The notes under the pieces were generated by a model, which searched no databases, was not told where the DNA came from, and worked only from the letters and a program-made list of their open reading frames with translations. The position numbers and the translations under genes are program-made. A stretch of DNA of 32,000 nt from Demequinaceae bacterium (GTDB lineage: Bacteria > Actinomycetota > Actinomycetes > Actinomycetales > Demequinaceae). The stretch spans positions 1-32,000 of the forward strand of contig OZ252279.1 in assembly GCA_965250005.1 (NCBI GenBank). The letters run 5' to 3'. This document shows positions 9,957 to 18,425 of the stretch, one piece after another (positions within the stretch are counted from its first letter, which is position 1; every line of letters starts with the position of its first letter).

Positions 9957-10457
9957 ATGACGCAATCACAGATTGCCGACACTGAGCGCACAACTGGGAC
10001 ATGGAAACGTGCTCCCTATGTCACATTTGTGCGGACGTCCATCGCGCTTGGTGTTCAGATCGCTCTAATGGCGGTTGTCTTGTTCGTTGCTGTTTCTTTG
10101 CCTGACGCCGGTGACACAGGGTACCCCCTGCTCGTTGGGATGGCTGCGTTCCTCTTCGCAGGCGGAGCGGTCTTGTACGCGATTGGTGTCTACTGGTGGA
10201 CGGACCACGCGTTTGCCCGGTTCGGTCGGCTGCGCAGCCTCCTCGCCCACATGGGAATCGTAATTGCTCTCACCCTGGTGTACGCCATTGGGGCCGCGCT
10301 AGCAGGTGACGACGTCTTGGCCTCGATAGGCCTCTGGTCCGACCCTGCCTACGTCTGGGGCTTTGGTGGCACCGGCAGTCTCTTGGTCGCGGTCGGCACG
10401 GCGACGGCAGGCCTCAAGCGCGAGTCTTTCGCTCCGAGCATTGACGAGCCAATCTAG
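9957..10457 (+). CDS. Four-TM WWxDH-module membrane protein (member C)
   Basis: GGAGGAGGG RBS before ATG 9957. GTWKRAPYVTFVR...VYWWTDHAFARFGRLRSLLAH...GLKRESFAP. Confidence 0.75.
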   Translation: MTQSQIADTERTTGTWKRAPYVTFVRTSIALGVQIALMAVVLFVAVSLPDAGDTGYPLLVGMAAFLFAGGAVLYAIGVYWWTDHAFARFGRLRSLLAHMGIVIALTLVYAIGAALAGDDVLASIGLWSDPAYVWGFGGTGSLLVAVGTATAGLKRESFAPSIDEPI

Positions 10458-10648
10458 AGGTGAGTGCCCACCTAGTTGGGTCGCAGCAGCCAGTCGAGCC
10501 AGCCTCGGCCGATCATTAGCCGGGCGCCCAGCGGGATGGCGACCGCTACGGCGAACATTCAGATGCGGTCGGTGTAGTTGCGACGCATGGTCGTTTCAGT
10601 CTATGTCGGCTAGCCGTCGGACGGCCTGAAGGTGTTGAAGACCAACGG

Positions 10649-11644
10649 CTAGGCGATCGCGAGGGCCTCGTCGATTTGGTGCCGGAGCGCCCGTGCGTCG
10701 CGTCGCGCCTGGCCAGGCGAGTGGCCGTACGCGCGGCTGAAGGCTCGCGAAAATGATGCCTCGGACTGGTACCCGCATCGCGCTGCGACCGTGGCGACCG
10801 TGTCAGCCGTGTCCTCGAGCGTCTGACGCGCCACCTGCATGCGCCACTCCGTCACGTACTGCATGGGGCTTTGGTGCATGAAGTCGCTGAACCGCTCGGA
10901 GAAGGAAGAGCGGGACATTTGCGCCTCGCGGGCCAGGGACTCAACTGTCCACGCGCCGCCGGGAGCATCCGCGACTGCCCGCAGGGCACGCCCCAGTTGC
11001 TCGTCGCGGAGTGCGGCGAGCCACCCATCGCGGGCCTCGGGGGCGCGCTCGATCCAGTGCCGCAGCGCCTGGATCACCAGCACGTCGGCAAGACGGGTGA
11101 TGATCGTCTCGCCGCCCGGGCGCAGCTCGCCCGCCTCGCGCGCGATGAAGCGCACCGTGCTGTGCAACCAGCTTGCCGCGTCCTCGTCGAAGCTGTCGAC
11201 CGTGATGAGGTTCGGCAGTTGGTCCACGAGCCGTTGGCCCGTGACGTGGTCAAACCGTATGACGCCGTACAGGCCCTGGGCGGCCTCGCCGCCGCCACCC
11301 GCGCGCGCGACTTCGTAGCGGTCGCTGATTGCCTCTACGTCGAGGTCCGCGAGCGCGGTCACGGGTGCGTCGGGCCCGGAGGTGAACTGGTGTGCAACGC
11401 CGTGCGGGACGAGCGTCAGGCTGCCGGGCTCGAGCGCGACCGGCGCCGAGTCCCCGACGGTGATCCACGCGCGGCCCGCGGTCATCGCGAGGAAGCTGAG
11501 CGTTCCGGGAATGGAGGGGATGCCGATTCCCCACGGCGCAGTAAGTTCGCTGCGGCAGTAGAGCGCGCCGGTGAGGCGGAGGCGATGGAGCGCGATCCCG
11601 AGCGGGTCGGTTGCGGAAGGGGCAGTGGGGCTGGGGGAGGCCAT
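10649..11644 (-). CDS. AraC-family transcriptional regulator (N-terminal cupin-like sensor plus C-terminal HTH)
   Basis: C-terminal AraC HTH string (WTVESLAREAQMSRSSFSERF....SPMQYVTEWRMQ.A...L......V..VA..CGYQSEASFSRAF.R.YG.SPG..RR). Confidence 0.85.
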   Translation of the reverse strand: MASPSPTAPSATDPLGIALHRLRLTGALYCRSELTAPWGIGIPSIPGTLSFLAMTAGRAWITVGDSAPVALEPGSLTLVPHGVAHQFTSGPDAPVTALADLDVEAISDRYEVARAGGGGEAAQGLYGVIRFDHVTGQRLVDQLPNLITVDSFDEDAASWLHSTVRFIAREAGELRPGGETIITRLADVLVIQALRHWIERAPEARDGWLAALRDEQLGRALRAVADAPGGAWTVESLAREAQMSRSSFSERFSDFMHQSPMQYVTEWRMQVARQTLEDTADTVATVAARCGYQSEASFSRAFSRAYGHSPGQARRDARALRHQIDEALAIA

Positions 11645-11795
11645 GTCCTCATTATCGCTCCAAACTATCCCATCCGTCTACAGAATTGGACGAACGGCAA
11701 GGAATCATGGATTCTAGGCGATTGTGCGTCCAGCCCCGACGAGCCAGGCTTGTCGCAGCGGCGCACAGCGTGCCGCATCGACGAAAGGTAGTCCC

Positions 11796-12386
11796 ATGCA
11801 GAAGTCCCGCCTCATCACCCCGATCCTCAGCATTACCGCTGTGGTAGGCGCGTTCGTCGGGATCGCACTGGTATTCGCGCCCGTGTGGTTCCAAGGCACG
11901 TCCGAGATCGCTACGACGGACAACCCGAGCGCGCCAAGCAAGTTTCGCCGGCGCCCCCTCGTCACGCTGACGCGCTGGCTTGTTGGCCTGGGTGCCGTTG
12001 GCCTGGGCTACGGCACGATCGTTGTCGTGTGGCGGGCTATGGGCTCCCGCGACTACGACAACGACAACGACTTTCTCTGGTCTGTGACGGTCGACTTTTC
12101 TGCTCTGGCGGGCCTCTACGTGCTCCTCATCGTTTGGTGGGTCGACCACCTGCTCGCGAAGCGCGGCCGGCGTCGGGCACTCGTCGGCCACTGCGTGATC
12201 GCGGCCGTGATGGGGATCCCGTTGCTGACGCTTGGGTCCCGCGGCGAGGGCGTCGTCGTCTACGTTCTCGTCCTCGCGACCACGGTAGGTGCCGTGCTGT
12301 TGGCGGGGCTCATCCCCGGTTCCTTTGCTCGGGAGACGGCAGCCAGCAGGGCGAGCGGCGAAACCACCTCGGGCAAGTCGCGCTAG
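11796..12386 (+). CDS. WWxDH-module membrane protein with an extra N-terminal TM helix (member D)
   Basis: GAAAGG before ATG 11796. SKFRRRPLVTLTRWLVGLG...IVWWVDHLLAKRGRRRALVGH...GLIPGSFAR. Closest to the second module of member E. Confidence 0.75.
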   Translation: MQKSRLITPILSITAVVGAFVGIALVFAPVWFQGTSEIATTDNPSAPSKFRRRPLVTLTRWLVGLGAVGLGYGTIVVVWRAMGSRDYDNDNDFLWSVTVDFSALAGLYVLLIVWWVDHLLAKRGRRRALVGHCVIAAVMGIPLLTLGSRGEGVVVYVLVLATTVGAVLLAGLIPGSFARETAASRASGETTSGKSR

Positions 12387-12411
12387 GCGTGTTTGTCCGC
12401 CTGCGGCGACG

Positions 12412-12640
12412 CTAGCTGGGCCAGCAGTCCGTCGGCTTGAAGGCGTTCGCGTCCACTGCTCAAGCGGCGAGCGCCCGGCGCACGCCGTCGCGGCCGTCGA
12501 TCACCAGGCGGCGCAGTGCGTCGTGGGCGTCTGTTTTGTCGGCGAGCCACGCGTCGGCGCGATGCTGGAGATCCGCCACGCGCACCGATTGCAGCACGCG
12601 GCTCAAGCCGTCATTATTCACCGCCGCTGCGGCGAGTTCT
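12412..12640 (-). pseudogene. Fragment homologous to the C-terminus of aminopeptidase N (pepN paralogue remnant)
   Basis: Minus-strand translation ...HRADAWLADKTDAHDALRRLVIDGRDGVRRALAA*AVDANAFKPTDCWPS* aligns with the pepN C-terminus ...KHTDQWLASNPEESPALRRLLIEARDGVRRSLVAQQADANRYGATDCWPV*. In-frame TGA at 12460-12462. No N-terminal catalytic part is present. Confidence 0.75.
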
Positions 12641-12737
12641 TTGCACGGACTCGCAACCAACCGTGACACGGTCTGAAACGTTTGACATGTACACCAACAC
12701 GGCGTGGCGTTGATGCCGTGGCAACCGGGGGATAGCA

Positions 12738-13643
12738 ATGGCCAACAAGCAAACACGGACACTTGCCAGCGGATGGGAGCGAAGCCGCCGCGCGTCCGTG
12801 CGGCGCGCACTCGTCGCGGTCATCGGGATACCGGTCGCGTTCATGGAGTGGGGGCTCATCTTTGCTGCGGCCGGAGGGGATCCCTACGCAACCCGCAATG
12901 ACGACTGGCGCCCGGGGATCATCGGCATCCTGTTCGGCCTCGCGTATCTGGCCGTGGTGGGCTGGTGGCTCGACCACCGCATCGCCTGGCGAGGCGGCGT
13001 GGTGACTGTCGGAGTGCACGTTGCCGCTGCGGGCCTGCTGAGCACACCGTGGCTGTTCATGGCGCCGGACGGAGGCGCGCAGGTCGCGGTGAACATGCTG
13101 GGCATCGCCACAGCGACGATTCTTGCCGCGACGGTCCGGGGATCGTTTCCCGCGCGCGGCGCCGGCAACGCGATGGAGGCGGGCGGTTCTGACGAAGTTG
13201 CCGCAACTTGGCGCCGCCCCCGGCTCACGACATTTAAGCGGTGGCTCGCTGGACTGGTTGGCGCCGGCATCGGCTTTGGATTGACGCTCGTGGTGTGGCA
13301 GTCCGTCAACGATCGATACTCAGAGGCCTTCCTCTTCGATCCGGTGGCGATCTACGCAGTTGGCGCCGGCGTCTATTTGTTGCTCGCTTCGTGGTGGGTC
13401 GACCATCTGGCCGCGCGCCTTGGCCGGTGGCGCGCGTTCCTTGTGCACGTCATCATCGCGGCGGTCCTCGCCGCGCCGTTCGCCGCCCAGGGCCGGTACG
13501 GCGAGGGTGTGATCCTTTACGTGTGCGTGGTCGCCACCGCAGTGGCCGCTGTCTTGGTCGCGGGGCGCGTGCCCGGGTCGTTTGCGTCCTCAGAGGCCCA
13601 GGCTGACGGGACGGCTGCGCGTGCTCCAGACCGCCCCTGGTAG
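12738..13643 (+). CDS. Two-module (8-TM) WWxDH membrane protein (member E)
   Basis: Module 1: SGWERSRRASVRR...VGWWLDHRIAWRGG...TVRGSFPAR. Module 2: ATWRRPRLTTFKRW...ASWWVDHLAARLGRWRAFLVH...GRVPGSFAS. Confidence 0.8.
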   Translation: MANKQTRTLASGWERSRRASVRRALVAVIGIPVAFMEWGLIFAAAGGDPYATRNDDWRPGIIGILFGLAYLAVVGWWLDHRIAWRGGVVTVGVHVAAAGLLSTPWLFMAPDGGAQVAVNMLGIATATILAATVRGSFPARGAGNAMEAGGSDEVAATWRRPRLTTFKRWLAGLVGAGIGFGLTLVVWQSVNDRYSEAFLFDPVAIYAVGAGVYLLLASWWVDHLAARLGRWRAFLVHVIIAAVLAAPFAAQGRYGEGVILYVCVVATAVAAVLVAGRVPGSFASSEAQADGTAARAPDRPW

Positions 13644-14173
13644 CGGGCCGAAAATCTCGCCGCGCGCCGTGCAACTCTCGCCGCAAACATGAGAGTGGGA
13701 TCGCGAAGAGGGGATCAAATGCCACGTCATCCAATGACGTATCGCAAAAATCCAAGGAGTCGGTGCTGGCGGCTGAAGTGTGGAGGCCTTCCGCAACGGT
13801 GACGCTCATGCGAAGTGTGATTGCGCTCTCAACAACAGTCGTCGTGCTCGTGCTCGTGCTCGTGCTCGCGGCTGTGGTCGGTCCTGCCCTGGAATCAGAT
13901 ATCGTCGGTGACGAAACAGGTTCCTTCTGGATGTTTGCAATATTCGCTGCGGGCGGGGCGTCGCTATACGCTGCTGTTGTCTACTGGTGGACGGACTACC
14001 TTTTTGCGCGCCTGGGGCGCGGGTACAGTTTGCTGGCTCACTTGGGAGCAATCGCTCTCATCACTACCGTGTTCGCGTTCGTTCAATTGAATGTCCGCGC
14101 CAACGACTTCAGGCCTTTCGACTTCTGAACCGCCCTGGGTTTTGTTCCGATCTCTATTTGAGAGGATCGGATC

Positions 14174-14491
14174 ATGCCAAAGAGATATCCAGAGGAGTTC
14201 AAGGCCCGCGCGGTCAGGCTCGTTGACGAAGCGGTCGGCGAGGCAGGTGCCAGCGAAACGGATGCCATGTCGAGGGTTGCTACCCGTTTGGGGGTGTCAA
14301 CGGAGTCTGTTAGACGGTGGCGTCGCCAGGCTCGTGTTGATTCGGGCATCGAGCGGGGCGTGACGAGTGAGGAGTCGACGGAGATGCGGCGGCTACGTCG
14401 CGAGAACACTGAGTTGAGGCGTGCAAACGAAATATTGCGGACTGCGTCAGCGTTTTTTGCAGCGGAACTCGACCGCCCCACGACGAAATGA
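14174..14491 (+). CDS. IS3-family transposase OrfA (HTH)
   Basis: MPKRYPEEFKARAVRLV... and leucine-zipper-like RRLRRENTELRRANEILRTASAFFAAELD, typical of IS3 OrfA. Confidence 0.9.
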   Translation: MPKRYPEEFKARAVRLVDEAVGEAGASETDAMSRVATRLGVSTESVRRWRRQARVDSGIERGVTSEESTEMRRLRRENTELRRANEILRTASAFFAAELDRPTTK

Positions 14492-15399
14492 TTCGATACA
14501 TCGATGAGTATCGGGATCAATTCGGGGTTGAGTTCATTTGTCGCACACTTGCTGCGACACCCGGTGGGTTCATTACCTCGCGCGGCTATCGGGCCGCGAA
14601 GTTTCGGCCTCGCTCCGACAGATCAATTCGGGACGAGCAGGTCGGTGAGGCCCTGACCCAAATTCATGCTGCTAACTATTCGGTTTACGGGGTGCGTAAA
14701 ATGTATGCGGCGATGCGTAGGGCCGGCTGGGATGTGGGCCGCGACCAGGTGGCCCGCCTCATGCGCAAGAGCCATTTGCGTGGGGTTCGCCGTGGCAAGA
14801 GAGTCTTCACGACCGTTACGGACCCTGCCTCGATGCGACCAGCTGACTTAGTGGAGCGGCGCTTCACCGCTAGTGGTCCGCGTGAGCTTTGGGTCGCGGA
14901 CATCACCTATGTGGCCACCTGGAATGGCTTCGCCTACACCGCTTTCGTCACCGACGTCTTCAGTCGCAAAATCGTCGGCTGGGCAGTATCCAGTTCGTTA
15001 ACTACCCAGTCGTTGCCGTTACAGGCACTCGAGATGGCTGCCTTCATCAACGACACTGGGGAAGGTCTCATCCATCACAGCGATATGGGCACGCAATATG
15101 TGTCCCTGGCTTACTCCGACCGCCTCACCGACCTCGGCATCACCGCTTCTGTCGGATCCCGTGGAGACAGTTACGACAACGCCCTAGCCGAGTCCGTCAA
15201 CGCCGCCTACAAAGCCGAACTGATTCGTGCTCGAAAGCCCTGGCGAACCATCGAGCAAGTCGAGTTCGCAACCCTGGAATGGGTCCACTGGTTCAACACC
15301 GCCCGACTCCACGAAAACCTCGGCCACCGAACCCCAGCAGAAATCGAAACCGAGCACTACGCTCAAACCCAGAGGGCATCAGCCCTCACAACCACCTAG
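14488..15399 (+). CDS. IS3-family transposase OrfB (DDE integrase core), expressed by -1 frameshift from orfA
   Basis: orfB is in the -1 frame relative to orfA. A T6 run followed by G at 14453-14459 lies in the overlap. DDE residues are present in WVADITY, HHSDMGTQY and YDNALAES. Confidence 0.9.
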   Translation: MIRYIDEYRDQFGVEFICRTLAATPGGFITSRGYRAAKFRPRSDRSIRDEQVGEALTQIHAANYSVYGVRKMYAAMRRAGWDVGRDQVARLMRKSHLRGVRRGKRVFTTVTDPASMRPADLVERRFTASGPRELWVADITYVATWNGFAYTAFVTDVFSRKIVGWAVSSSLTTQSLPLQALEMAAFINDTGEGLIHHSDMGTQYVSLAYSDRLTDLGITASVGSRGDSYDNALAESVNAAYKAELIRARKPWRTIEQVEFATLEWVHWFNTARLHENLGHRTPAEIETEHYAQTQRASALTTT

Positions 15400-15558
15400 G
15401 AACGAAACCCAGGGCGGTTCATTCTGGTATGTGACGGGGCCCGTTTGGGTTCTTGGCGGAGTGTGTTGCGTGCTGATTGCAATTGGCACGACAGCGGCGG
15501 GGCTCATGCGTGGATCGTTTGCGCCCCGCAGCCCGTCGTTGCGTGGGAATTCAGCGAA

Positions 15559-18228
15559 CTAGACCGGCCAGCAGTCGGTCGCGCCGTAGCGGTTGGCGTC
15601 CGCCTGCTGGGCAACCAAGGAGCGCCGCACGCCGTCGCGGGCCTCGATGAGCAAGCGGCGCAGCGCGGGGGACTCCTCCGGGTTGGATGCCAGCCACTGG
15701 TCCGTGTGCTTCATGATCCCGTCCGGCTCGGAAGCCGCTCCGGCGCCCACGCGGCGACCCGTCAGGGCGGCCGGGAACAGTCCCTCGATCAGGTTCTGCG
15801 CCATTTCTAGCGTCTTGGTATCCCACAGGCGGGCGACCGCGTCAAAGTAGGGTTCCACAAAGGGCTCGATCAGCGCGAGATTGTGAACGCGGTGGAAGCC
15901 CATGATGGTTGCGGCCTGCAACGCATTTGGGAGATCCTCTCCCGCGGCGGCGTCGATGAGCGCAGCCCACGCCGCCGTCTTGGCCTCGGGCGTCGGAATG
16001 GCAGCGCGCGCTATGGTCGCGAAGCGCTCGCCGGTGGCGGTGTTGTCTTCGGCCAGGCGTTCGGCAATCTGGGGCTCCCCAGCCCGGCCGCCAGCGACCA
16101 GCGACACCAGCAGCTCCCAGCCAAGGTCCGTGTCGATTTCGAGGCCCTCGAACTTGGCGGTGCCGTCCAGCAGGGAAGCGACCGCGTCCAGGTGCGTGGG
16201 CGTCTCGGCCCGGCCCGCGAACGCCTTGACCAACTGATACTGGCTGTCGCCACCGGCCTCGGCCTCGCCCGCGAGACTCCAGAGCGCGTCGCCCGTTTTT
16301 CCTTGGACGTGCTCCGCCGCAACGGGCTGGACGTACAGGTCCAGCGACGTGCTCATCTGGCGCAACAGCATCAGCACCACGGTGGATTCGGATTCAGCGC
16401 CGATGTTGTTCAGCACCAGGTCGATGAAGTCGCGTCCGGCCATCTCGCCGTCGCGGGTCATGTCCCACGCGGCGGCGAAGACCATCGAGCGGGGCAAGGA
16501 GTCTTCGAACGCATCCACGTGCTCGATGGCGGTCTTGAGCGAGGCGTCGTCTAGGCGGATCTTGCCGTACGCGAGGTCTTCGTCATTCACCAGCAGCAAG
16601 TCCGGCATGGGTTTGCCCGCCACGTCCGCGACGGCGGTGGATGCTCCATCGATGTCTGTCTCCACATGCCAGGACCGCTTCATGACCGCGCTGGCACCTT
16701 CGCCGGTGACGTCGTAGCCGCCGATGCCCATGCGGTGCGGGCGCTGCGTTGGCCAGTCGTCGGGTGCCTCCTGGGTGACGGTGAAGGCCGCGATGGTGCC
16801 GTCGTCGGCGGTCTGAATCGAAGGGCGCAGCGTGGTGACGCCGGCCTTCTCCAGCCAGAGCCCGCTCCATTCGTCGAGGTCGCGGCCGGAGGTCTTCTCG
16901 AGCTCCACGAGCAGGTCGCGCAGGGTGGTGTTGCCGCGGGCGTGCTTGCGGAAGTACTCGGCCACTCCAGCGAAGAATGCGTCCTGGCCGACCCATGCCA
17001 CCAGTTGCTTGAGCACGGACGCGCCCTTGGCGTACGTGATGCCGTCAAAGTTGACCTCGACGTCCTCGAGGTCGTTGATGGTGGCGACGATAGGGTGCGT
17101 GGACGGCAGCTGGTCCTGGCGGTACGCCCACGATTTCTCGAGTGTGTTGAACGTGGTCCACGCACTGGGGCCTTGCATGGTCTGGGCGGCGCAGAGCGTG
17201 GAGACGTACTCCGCAAAGGATTCGTTGAGCCACAGGTCGTTCCACCACTTCATGGTGACCAGGTCACCAAACCACATGTGTGCGAGCTCATGGAGGATGG
17301 TCACGGTGCGGCGCTCAACGCGGGCTTGCGCCACCTTGGAGCGGAACACGTAGTCCTCGAGGAACGTCACGGCGCCGGCGTTCTCCATGGCCCCCGCGTT
17401 GAACTCCGGCACAAAGAGCTGGTCGTACTTGGGGAACGGGTATGCCATATCGAACAGGTTCTCGTAGTACGTGAACCCGGCCTGGGTGATGTCCAGGATG
17501 ACGTCCGCGTCCAAGTGCTCGGCGAGGCCCTTGCGGCAGTAGACGTCCGCGCCGATGCGGCCCTTGCTGCTCAAGACGCTGCCCTCGACCTTGTGGTACG
17601 GACCGGCGATGATGGCGGTCACGTAGCAGGGGAGCACGCCGGTGGGCTCGAACGCCCAGGTGCTGACTCCGCGCGTCTCGCCGGCGAGCGCGATGGTCGC
17701 GCCCTCAACGGGGACGGCCTCCGGGCTGAGGGAGTTGCTCACCACGTGCCAGTGCGCGGGCGCGGTGACGGTGAACTGGAAGGTGGCCTTGAGGTCGGGC
17801 TGCTCGAACACCGCGAACACGCGGCGGGTGTCGGCCACCTCGAACTGGCTGTACAGGTAGATCTCGTCGTCCTCGGGGTCCACGAACCGGTGGAGGCCCT
17901 CGCCGGTGTTCATGTACGCGCAGTCGGCGGTGACCACCAGCACGTTGGAGTGCTCGAGCGCGGGAAGCTCGATGCGGCTGTCCTTGAAGTGGGTTGCCGG
18001 GTCCAGCTCGGTGCCATTGAGGACGATGCTGTGGACGCGCGGGGCGATCAGGTCGATGAACGTGGACTCGCCTTTGGTGCCGCCGAACCGCACCGTGGTG
18101 GTAGAGCGGAACGTGGGCGTCTTGTCCGTCAACCCCGTGGTGAGGTCGAGATGCACCTCGTAGGAGTCGGACTGAACGGTGGCGGCGCGGGCCTCGGCCT
18201 CGGCGCGGGTCAGGTTCTCTGCGGGCAT
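15559..18228 (-). CDS. pepN: Aminopeptidase N (M1 family)
   Basis: GAMEN motif (FNAGAMENAG) and zinc site HELAHMWFGDLVT...WLNESFAEY. N-terminus MPAENLTRAEAEARA. ATG 18228 preferred, upstream GTG 18249 also possible. Confidence 0.93.
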   Translation of the reverse strand: MPAENLTRAEAEARAATVQSDSYEVHLDLTTGLTDKTPTFRSTTTVRFGGTKGESTFIDLIAPRVHSIVLNGTELDPATHFKDSRIELPALEHSNVLVVTADCAYMNTGEGLHRFVDPEDDEIYLYSQFEVADTRRVFAVFEQPDLKATFQFTVTAPAHWHVVSNSLSPEAVPVEGATIALAGETRGVSTWAFEPTGVLPCYVTAIIAGPYHKVEGSVLSSKGRIGADVYCRKGLAEHLDADVILDITQAGFTYYENLFDMAYPFPKYDQLFVPEFNAGAMENAGAVTFLEDYVFRSKVAQARVERRTVTILHELAHMWFGDLVTMKWWNDLWLNESFAEYVSTLCAAQTMQGPSAWTTFNTLEKSWAYRQDQLPSTHPIVATINDLEDVEVNFDGITYAKGASVLKQLVAWVGQDAFFAGVAEYFRKHARGNTTLRDLLVELEKTSGRDLDEWSGLWLEKAGVTTLRPSIQTADDGTIAAFTVTQEAPDDWPTQRPHRMGIGGYDVTGEGASAVMKRSWHVETDIDGASTAVADVAGKPMPDLLLVNDEDLAYGKIRLDDASLKTAIEHVDAFEDSLPRSMVFAAAWDMTRDGEMAGRDFIDLVLNNIGAESESTVVLMLLRQMSTSLDLYVQPVAAEHVQGKTGDALWSLAGEAEAGGDSQYQLVKAFAGRAETPTHLDAVASLLDGTAKFEGLEIDTDLGWELLVSLVAGGRAGEPQIAERLAEDNTATGERFATIARAAIPTPEAKTAAWAALIDAAAGEDLPNALQAATIMGFHRVHNLALIEPFVEPYFDAVARLWDTKTLEMAQNLIEGLFPAALTGRRVGAGAASEPDGIMKHTDQWLASNPEESPALRRLLIEARDGVRRSLVAQQADANRYGATDCWPV

Positions 18229-18425
18229 GGTTCGAGTCTGCCACGGCACTATGGTTCGTATGGGACGTGTCGGCAGAGAGTGGCTAGTGCAGGTTGGTCG
18301 CCATTTCGGATACGTGCGCTAACGCGGGTTCGATACGGTCACTGTGGACGACAGCGAGATAATGAGCCTCGGCGGTCCGTGGTTGATCACCGGTCGCGGT
18401 CCGCGATCATCCGAGTCAGGAACGG

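Larger units (their letters stand above)
14126..15421 (+). mobile_element. IS3-family insertion sequence, apparently intact (1296 bp)
   Basis: Terminal inverted repeats TGAACCGCCCTGGGTTTTGTTCC (14126-14148) and its complement at 15399-15421 (22/23 match). 3-bp direct repeat TTC at 14123-14125 and 15422-15424. Carries orfA and orfB. Confidence 0.9.
13763..15562 (+). pseudogene. WWxDH-module membrane protein gene (member F) split by IS3-family insertion; exon-like parts 13763-14125 and 15425-15562
   Basis: AAGGAG before GTG 13763. EVWRPSATVTLMR...VYWWTDYLFARLGRGYSLLAH...NDFRPFDF | IS | WYVTGPVWVLGG...GLMRGSFAPRSPS. Removing the IS and one TTC copy restores a single frame collinear with member C. 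Confidence 0.85.

Noticed and set aside
10871-11791. 306-aa plus-strand ORF opposite the AraC regulator gene
   Set aside because: Antisense shadow. The minus-strand frame has a clear AraC HTH.
18326-18336. GGGTTCGATAC, resembling a tRNA T-arm/T-loop
   Set aside because: There is no complementary T-stem 3' half, no acceptor stem and no anticodon arm in the flanks. It is not a tRNA or a recognisable tRNA fragment.
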